Shown: positions 58,075 through 64,000 of the stretch, in pieces
How the letters are laid out: every line of letters begins with the position of its first letter
Position numbering within the stretch: position 1 is the stretch's first letter
Assembly: GCA_017399025.1 (NCBI GenBank)
Contig: JAFQEK010000115.1
Coordinates: 374 to 64,373 of the forward strand
Source: Clostridia bacterium
GTDB lineage: Bacteria > Bacillota > Clostridia > Oscillospirales > CAG-272
Direction: 5' to 3'
Length of the DNA: 64,000 bases
Translations under genes and position numbers: made by a program
The notes under the pieces: generated by a model
What the model was told of the DNA's origin: nothing
The model's input: only the letters and a program-made list of their open reading frames with translations
The model's database searches: none

Positions 58075-61000
58075 TCAATGCTTGATATTGGATTCATAGT
58101 TAGCTGCACGAGCAAACTTCTGAATCATCAGTGCCAGGTCCTGACCGTTGATCACACCGTCGCCGGAGAGATCGCCAGCGTAATAGAACAAGGAATTTTC
58201 AGGCTTGCTGTTTTCGTCCAAGGCAAACTTGTCATCCTTTTCAACGTAGCTGTTAGCCCATGCCTCGTTGTCGATTTTATCAACTTTACCGTCGCAGTTG
58301 ATATCACCTGCAACAACAATGTAAAATTCCTGACCACCGTTTACCTTAATATAGTCAGTTGTAGCAATCAGTTTTCTGCCTGTCTTTTCAACGCCGTCTT
58401 TACTGAAGATTTTAACATCTTCAACATTGAGCAGTGCTTTCAACTGATCAACAGTAATACCCTTAGCAACTGCATCGAGGATAATTGTATTGTTATCTGT
58501 AAGGATATCGGAACCGTAGAGGAGATCGGAAGTTCCGATGGAAATGCCGGTGTAGAATACGGTATCTTCATCAAAGAGTACCATGGTGAGGTCAACATCA
58601 AAGCCTTTTACGTTTTCTCTGTCGAATACGTAAGTAGCGTCTGTGTCGCTGTTGGTCTCAAGGTAGGAACCGAGGAATTTGGAATAGCCGCCGGAAATGT
58701 CGAGACGAGCAAGAACTTTTCCTGCGATATTGAGAAGATCTGCATAAACAGCTTCAAGAGCAACCAGAGAAGAAGATTCAAGGTCGATTGCAGCCATCAT
58801 GGTTTCAAAATCAGCAGTGCTGAGTTTTTTCAGAGCATCGATGAAGTCGCCAACGGAAACTTTACCGAGTGCTTCGGTAAGAGCAGCGTAGCCATCGCCG
58901 TCCATTGCACTCTTGATTGCTCCAACAAGCGCAGTTTTGTGATCGGGGCAAGCATAAGCAACAGCAGCTGCCATGAGCGCACCGTAACGTCCGTCTTCGG
59001 AGAAGTCGAGAGTTGCAGTAACTTTACCGGTGAGATCAACGGTAACTTTGCCGTTTGTGTAACCGAAGCCGCCGAGATTAATGGAAGCATCGATATCAGC
59101 AATCTTTGCAAAAGCATTGAGAAGTTCAACAAGAGCTTTTTCTTCTGCTTCTGTTTCAGAAACAACTCTGAAGCTGAGGGTTGCAGTCTTTTCGTCTTTG
59201 GATGTTACGTTAACAGTAACGTATTTCTTGGAACCGTCAACAACTTTTGTTGTGATTTCCCAAGAGCCTGTTTTAATTTCGTAAGAAGCGAATGCTTCGC
59301 CGTTATCTACAGCTTTTGCAAGAGCTTCAAAGTTTGTGAATTCTGCGATAAGAGTATTTGCGAAATTGGTAATACCTGCAAAATCAACACAGTTATAAAT
59401 GTTTTCTGCGATTTCTTTCTTAGAGCTGTCGAGCATACCGAGAATGTCGAGTTCAACAGCATAAATCTTGTTGCCGTCAACAGTCAGGGAAGCTGCGGTA
59501 AATGCGTTGATTGCGATGTCAAAAGCAGTATCAACGAGGAATTCTTTTACGCTGGTATTGTTTGCAGCTGCAATAAAGCCTGCATTCAGAAGAATTTCAA
59601 CGTTGCCGTTTTCATCTTTGACAACTTTGTAAATCTTGCTTTCAACAACGCCATTGTTCACAGCGTAGCCGTTAGCGAGCATGGAAGTAACGTCGCAGGT
59701 GTATTTACCGCCGGTAATAACAAAGTTACCGGAAAGTTCACCGTTTACGCCGCCATTCTTTTCGAGGTTGCTGTTTGTGATTCTGACAGCAGCCTTTGTG
59801 GACATATTACCATCAATGGTAAAGCCGTTAAGGTTAATGAATACTCTGTTAGGAATTACAACATCGGAAGAAAGAGTAACGTCATCAAGAAGAACGATGA
59901 TTGTGTTTGCGGAAGCATTCTTCAATGTTGCAGCGAGGTCGCCTGTTGTAGCAAGAACACCGATGTAATCTTTGGGATTAGCCATGATGTTACCTGCCAT
60001 GTCTTTGAGATCTTCTTTATTAAGATCATCTTTGCCATTGATACCGATTACGGAAGGATCAATTACGATTGCTTCGATATCGGTTTTTTCAAAAGTAACG
60101 TCTTCAATGGAAACCTTGATGGTGATGCCTTCACCGTTTTCAAGTTTGCCGTCTGCTTCGGCAATGGCATTTTTCAGCATAATCTCAAGGGTAGGATCAT
60201 CGTCGCCCATTCTATCAATAAGTTTATCAACAAAAGCAGTGATATCGAAAGTATCCTCTGTTGTTGCTTTCATGTTATTGCCTTCAGCATCTGCTATGAA
60301 TTCAATATTATTGACAAGGGAATTGAGAAGTTTACGAACAGTAGCAAAATTGCTTTCGCTCATAAATCCGGAGAGTTTGTAGTTCACGCCTACTTTTTCA
60401 AGCGTATTTTCCAATGCTTCGAGAGTGAGATTTTCATCAGCAAGGAGGGTTTTGACCAAAGAAAGAATAAAGTTTACAGAACCTTCGAAATCGACATTGT
60501 CAATATTGGTAATATCTGCATAATCAAGAACGAAAAGTTCTGCAAGGTAGTAAGCCAAAAGTTTGGAAGGAACCTTGAAAGATACGTTCAGCATGCCGTT
60601 TTCACCTGTAATGGTAAGATAATCATCAAGTGTGGAAACAGCTCTGTCAAGATAACTCATTTCTTTTGCCATCTTGCCGTAATCTTCAAATGTAATGTAG
60701 AAGTCGTAGTTTGCGAAATAACGATCCTGTACATCAGCTACTTGCATATCGGTTCTGAGAAGTTTGCCACCGAGTTCTTCGGAATAAACAACATCAAAGC
60801 CTTCAGCAACTGTTGCGTTCTTAAGAGCAGCAACGGTATCTCTGATATCGATGATATTACCATTTGCGCCGATCATTGTACTGATTGCTTTCAAAAGATT
60901 ATCACCATCGTTACCGCAATTAAGGAAGAGGTTAACGAGTGACTGCATATAGAACTTACGGGAGAACATACCGGTACCGGCTTCATAAAGAGTTTCTCCG

Positions 61001-63009
61001 TCAAGTTTGATATCTTTATAAGGAGCAACCATAATGAACACTTCGATAATGGAACCGAGGAGATCCTGGTAGTCAATTGCATTCACATAAGGAGTAATGC
61101 GAAGAACAACGGAAAGTTTGCCGTCTACTTCAACGGGGATGAATGTCATAACAGGAACCTGAAGGCCATTTACTTCAATGGTGGAACCTGCAAGCATATC
61201 GTTGAGATTCTTGAGGAATTCAAGGAGATCAGCATTAGGATCTGCTTCTTTGTCCTCTTTATCGACACCACCGCCGATGATTTCTTCGAAAAGATCTTCC
61301 CAAACATCAAGATTTTCATCACCGAGGTCGCCAAGAATTTCGTCGAAATTGATTTCACCGTCATCACCGATAAAGTCATCAAGATTAATATCGCTGTCAC
61401 CAAGAATTTCTTCAAAATCGATGTCACCGCCACCGATGATGCCGGAGATCAGATCATTGATACTATCATATTCACCGATTGTGAAGTCTTCGCCACCGAA
61501 AGGAACGTTAACGGAACCCTGGCCAACAATATTTTCGATCGCATCACCAAAGATATATTCATAATAAATATCAGATTCATCGGGAGCAGGGAGAAGGAGG
61601 CTGTAGCTACCGTTAGAGTAGGAAACATTGAAAGTAACATTACCAAGCTGAACCTCGATAGTCTTTTCGGGTTCTACGGGAACGGTAGGTTTCTGAGTTT
61701 CTGTTTCTGTTGTGGTTTCTTCAGTTGTAGTTTCAGATTCTGTTGTAGTTTCAGATTCTGTGGTTTCGGATTCTGTTGTAGTTTCAGATTCTACTGTGGT
61801 TTCGGATTCTGTTGTAGTTTCAGATTCTGTTGTAGTTTCAGATTCTGTGGTTTCGGATTCTGTTGTAGTTTCAGATTCTACTGTGGTTTCAGATTCTGTT
61901 GTGGTTTCAGATTCTGTGGTTTCAGATTCTGTGGTAGTTTCAGATTCTTCGGGATCTCCAGGTTTTTCATATTCGATCACAGAGATACCTGCAACGGTAA
62001 GAACAACATCTTCGGAAGCACCATTTACAGCAAGAATAGCATCAACAAGAGAAGCCATGTCTTCTGCATTGGTATCAATCGCCTCATTTACAGGAAGCAA
62101 CTGGAGATCTTCGCGATTCATGTTTTCGATGATTTTGTTGATCAGATCTTCTTTACCGGAAGTTTTGATCAGCCATTTGAAGCTGGGGTCCGCAGAAAGA
62201 TCGTTAAAAGCAGCTCTCAAAACTGCAATCTGTTCTGCGAATTCCGCACTGTGAACACCGGTATAGTAATAAGTAAAGCCATCGTTTACATAACCCGCAA
62301 GATAAGTATAGAGAAGAAGGGTTCTTCCATCTTCAGCAACGCACTTATCAAGAAGCATATCGATTGCCGCAACGCCTGCCTCGGTCTGAAGGATTCCCTT
62401 CATGCCTTCAAGGTCGAATTGCTTAACATCGAAAGCTTTGAGTTCGTTAATCATGGAAGCATAAACATCCAAAGCAATTTTCTGTTTTGTTGCCTCTTCA
62501 GCAAGAAGAGCAGGAAGCTTTACAACCGCATCAGCTTCAGAGCCTTCGGTTACAGCAATGCTGTAATTCACTTCGATTGTTTCGAACTCGGTATCAAGAA
62601 TTGTGGTCTGACCGTCGATCAAAACGGCTTCATAACCATTGACAACAATGCTTACGGGAGTCCATGTACCAACTACGGTTTCAATGGATTCTGCTTTCAC
62701 GGTTGTTGTCAGTTTGCCAAATTCAACACCGATATAGGAATCGACATTGCCGGCAAAAAGCTCAGTCAAAGAGGCATTCACAGCCGGATGATTGAGTACC
62801 GCTTTTTCAGCATCGGTAAGGCCATTTGCAACAAGTGTTGCAAGTGTTGCAGACTCGATTGCTACGGAAAATTTAATTTCTTCCGAGGAATCAGTCGCTT
62901 TGTTTTGTTCGTCTGCGAAATCAGCTGCGAAAACACCAATGTTCAAGCTACCGAAAAGCATGAACACAGCCAAAGCAGTCGAAACAAAACGCAAAAATGT
63001 TTTTTTCAC
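58075..63009 (-). CDS. ~1645-aa secreted giant protein with acidic repeats, ESETT stalk, beta-helix-like region and C-terminal type-I dockerin
   Basis: Likely GTG start (VKKTFLRFVSTALAVFMLFGSLNIGVFA/AD) 8 nt after GGAGGA; the ORF track extends to 63180. The C-terminal dockerin has two Ca-loop repeats, GDINCDGKVDKIDNEAW and GDLSGDGVINGQDLALMIQKF. Confidence 0.85.
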   Translation of the reverse strand: MKKTFLRFVSTALAVFMLFGSLNIGVFAADFADEQNKATDSSEEIKFSVAIESATLATLVANGLTDAEKAVLNHPAVNASLTELFAGNVDSYIGVEFGKLTTTVKAESIETVVGTWTPVSIVVNGYEAVLIDGQTTILDTEFETIEVNYSIAVTEGSEADAVVKLPALLAEEATKQKIALDVYASMINELKAFDVKQFDLEGMKGILQTEAGVAAIDMLLDKCVAEDGRTLLLYTYLAGYVNDGFTYYYTGVHSAEFAEQIAVLRAAFNDLSADPSFKWLIKTSGKEDLINKIIENMNREDLQLLPVNEAIDTNAEDMASLVDAILAVNGASEDVVLTVAGISVIEYEKPGDPEESETTTESETTESETTTESETTVESETTTESETTESETTTESETTTESETTVESETTTESETTESETTTESETTTEETTTETETQKPTVPVEPEKTIEVQLGNVTFNVSYSNGSYSLLLPAPDESDIYYEYIFGDAIENIVGQGSVNVPFGGEDFTIGEYDSINDLISGIIGGGDIDFEEILGDSDINLDDFIGDDGEINFDEILGDLGDENLDVWEDLFEEIIGGGVDKEDKEADPNADLLEFLKNLNDMLAGSTIEVNGLQVPVMTFIPVEVDGKLSVVLRITPYVNAIDYQDLLGSIIEVFIMVAPYKDIKLDGETLYEAGTGMFSRKFYMQSLVNLFLNCGNDGDNLLKAISTMIGANGNIIDIRDTVAALKNATVAEGFDVVYSEELGGKLLRTDMQVADVQDRYFANYDFYITFEDYGKMAKEMSYLDRAVSTLDDYLTITGENGMLNVSFKVPSKLLAYYLAELFVLDYADITNIDNVDFEGSVNFILSLVKTLLADENLTLEALENTLEKVGVNYKLSGFMSESNFATVRKLLNSLVNNIEFIADAEGNNMKATTEDTFDITAFVDKLIDRMGDDDPTLEIMLKNAIAEADGKLENGEGITIKVSIEDVTFEKTDIEAIVIDPSVIGINGKDDLNKEDLKDMAGNIMANPKDYIGVLATTGDLAATLKNASANTIIVLLDDVTLSSDVVIPNRVFINLNGFTIDGNMSTKAAVRITNSNLEKNGGVNGELSGNFVITGGKYTCDVTSMLANGYAVNNGVVESKIYKVVKDENGNVEILLNAGFIAAANNTSVKEFLVDTAFDIAINAFTAASLTVDGNKIYAVELDILGMLDSSKKEIAENIYNCVDFAGITNFANTLIAEFTNFEALAKAVDNGEAFASYEIKTGSWEITTKVVDGSKKYVTVNVTSKDEKTATLSFRVVSETEAEEKALVELLNAFAKIADIDASINLGGFGYTNGKVTVDLTGKVTATLDFSEDGRYGALMAAAVAYACPDHKTALVGAIKSAMDGDGYAALTEALGKVSVGDFIDALKKLSTADFETMMAAIDLESSSLVALEAVYADLLNIAGKVLARLDISGGYSKFLGSYLETNSDTDATYVFDRENVKGFDVDLTMVLFDEDTVFYTGISIGTSDLLYGSDILTDNNTIILDAVAKGITVDQLKALLNVEDVKIFSKDGVEKTGRKLIATTDYIKVNGGQEFYIVVAGDINCDGKVDKIDNEAWANSYVEKDDKFALDENSKPENSLFYYAGDLSGDGVINGQDLALMIQKFARAANYESNIKH
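61695..61950. repeat. tandem 12/15-nt repeats (69-nt higher order) encoding (ESETT[T/V])n
   Basis: GTTTCAGATTCTGTTGTA / GTTTCGGATTCTGTG units encode ESETTTESETTESETTTESETTV repeated. Confidence 0.85.
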
Positions 63010-63397
63010 AGTTCTAATCCTCCAAATTTTTTCTTTTTTATACCGTAAGCAAAAGCGAAAAGAAACCAATCCATACGGGTTCATATCCTTTCGGCTTTGC
63101 GAATCGGAAACCACATCCGGAATCTTCGTCATCGTCATGTATATGTAGGAAACCCGATTTCCATAACGACAGGGAAGCAAAAATTCCGGAACCGCACGGC
63201 TTTTTTATTTCAGCCGTATTAAGGAGATCCGAGCGCAACGCTTTCGGATACGATCGCATGCGGTATAAAATTGATTTCGTTTTTGACGGAAACCCGTCCT
63301 CTCGCTTTGCCATAAGCTTTCCTTTCGATCTTGCAAAGCGCATGTTTTTCATGCTTTTTTACATTTCTCGTCAGGTAGGCAGTATATAGCTATAGAT

Positions 63398-63426
63398 ATT
63401 ATAGCATGTCATTTTCATTTTGTCAA
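63398..63426 (-). promoter_or_regulatory. perfect consensus sigma-A promoter of the 28-kb locus (coordinates +/-1)
   Basis: Minus strand reads TTGACA, a 17-nt spacer AAATGAAAATGACATGC, then TATAAT. It lies ~380 nt upstream of the first gene start. Confidence 0.65.
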
Positions 63427-63816
63427 TCCATTATCATGACAATTACAACATATTTTCGACATAAAATGTCAACAAAATAACCAAATCGAAAGAAATTTAT
63501 CTCAAATACCAAATCTGATTTCATCAAACAAGCATTTTTCCTTGAATGTTTCTTCTACGATTATAATACATGGAAATTCAAAAAATTTCAATATTTTTTA
63601 AACAAAATTAAAAAATTCTTAAAACATTGCTCTCATTTCTTTTTTTCGATCCTTTGCAAAAAATCATCCTTATTATTTATATATTGATTGTTAACGCTTT
63701 TTTCGAAAGAAATCAAAAAATTTTGAAAACCCTCTGTTTTTTTTCTTTATTTTGTGATAGAATAATATTGAAACATGCTTTTATGCTGAATAACTTACAG
63801 AAAGGAAGGTATACCC

Positions 63817-64000
63817 ATGCCGAAATACAGACGTGCAAGAATCAATGATGAAGTTTCCCGTGTCATTGCCGAAGCGCTTCGTGATGTAAAAGATCCCCGT
63901 GTAAAAAACGAAATGATCACAATTACCAGCTGTGACGTTTCCGGCGATTTGAAATTTGCAAAGGTTTACTTCTCCGTTTACGGCGCAAAGCCCGAAAACA
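63817..64000 (+). CDS. rbfA: ribosome-binding factor A (5' partial, runs off the window end)
   Basis: MPKYRRARINDEVSRVIAEALRDVKDPRVKNEMITITSCDVSGDLKFAKVYFSVYG. ATG at 63817 behind AAAGGAAGG. Confidence 0.85.
   Translation, partial: MPKYRRARINDEVSRVIAEALRDVKDPRVKNEMITITSCDVSGDLKFAKVYFSVYGAKPEN

Noticed and set aside
61695-61950. Regular short repeats that might suggest a CRISPR array
   Set aside because: The units are 12-15 nt, contiguous with no spacers, in frame, and encode the ESETT stalk of a protein.
63038-63352. 104-aa minus-strand ORF inside the proposed leader
   Set aside because: There is no Shine-Dalgarno sequence before its ATG and the composition is unremarkable. It overlaps the hairpins of the leader and more likely belongs to the non-coding 5' UTR. 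A small leader peptide cannot be excluded.
63010-63400. Possible c-di-GMP-I/II (GEMM) riboswitch in the leader
   Set aside because: I looked for the GGCAAACC / ACGCAAAGC / GNRA-receptor pattern. Only a partial TCGCAAAGCCGAAAGG is present and the flanking conserved blocks are missing. An Infernal scan is needed before any claim.
63000-63430. One-nucleotide coordinate discrepancy
   Set aside because: My manual count of the T-run at 63000..63007 gives one more T than the frames of three ORFs in the supplied track require. I trusted the ORF track for the GTG start (63009). Hand-derived coordinates between ~63008 and ~63430 may therefore be off by 1.

Overview
64-kb chromosomal window from a Gram-positive anaerobe. 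It looks Clostridia, Ruminococcus/Oscillospiraceae-like: Prp-processed L27, ytvI and M50 sporulation-type genes, BspA-type LRR proteins, and a type-I dockerin. No rRNA, tRNA or CRISPR array was recognised.

The left ~34 kb is mostly housekeeping. It holds a decayed IS1182 transposase, a membrane lipase, rplU-prp-rpmA, gdhA, a DUF4259-like repeat protein, ftsH and uvrA-uvrB. It also holds a MerR / PLDc_N / ABC-2 exporter operon, a GH94 phosphorylase, an M23/G5 peptidase, a cyclophilin, an M50 protease and ytvI. Further right are a Mn riboswitch with mntP, glpK-lipase-fakB-fakA, two LRR proteins, and a DUF559 endonuclease cassette bracketed by ~63-bp direct repeats.

The right ~28.5 kb (34906-63430) is the standout. 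All genes are on the minus strand with short or overlapping gaps, behind a perfect consensus sigma-A promoter and a ~380-nt leader. The 13 ORFs are:
- a 1645-aa dockerin protein;
- a FIVAR / Thr-Glu-Ser stalk protein;
- an apparently degenerate HD-GYP + EAL protein;
- four paralogous proteins (344, 711, 329 and 1674 aa) that look like giant TasA/camelysin-superfamily subunits. Three of them, plus a fifth giant protein, carry clear SipW-type signal peptides (the 344-aa one only a weak, signal-anchor-like version);
- two SipW-type (ER/archaeal-type) signal peptidases;
- a frameshifted ~1711-aa GLUG / beta-helix protein (two ORFs);
- embedded in the middle, a membrane-tethered McrB-like AAA+ ATPase and a partner with a ~210-aa E/R/K-rich helix.

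I read this as a previously uncharacterised SipW-dependent giant fibre / adhesin assembly system with an unexplained McrBC-like motor module. All family assignments come from motif reading by eye and need HMM or structure confirmation.
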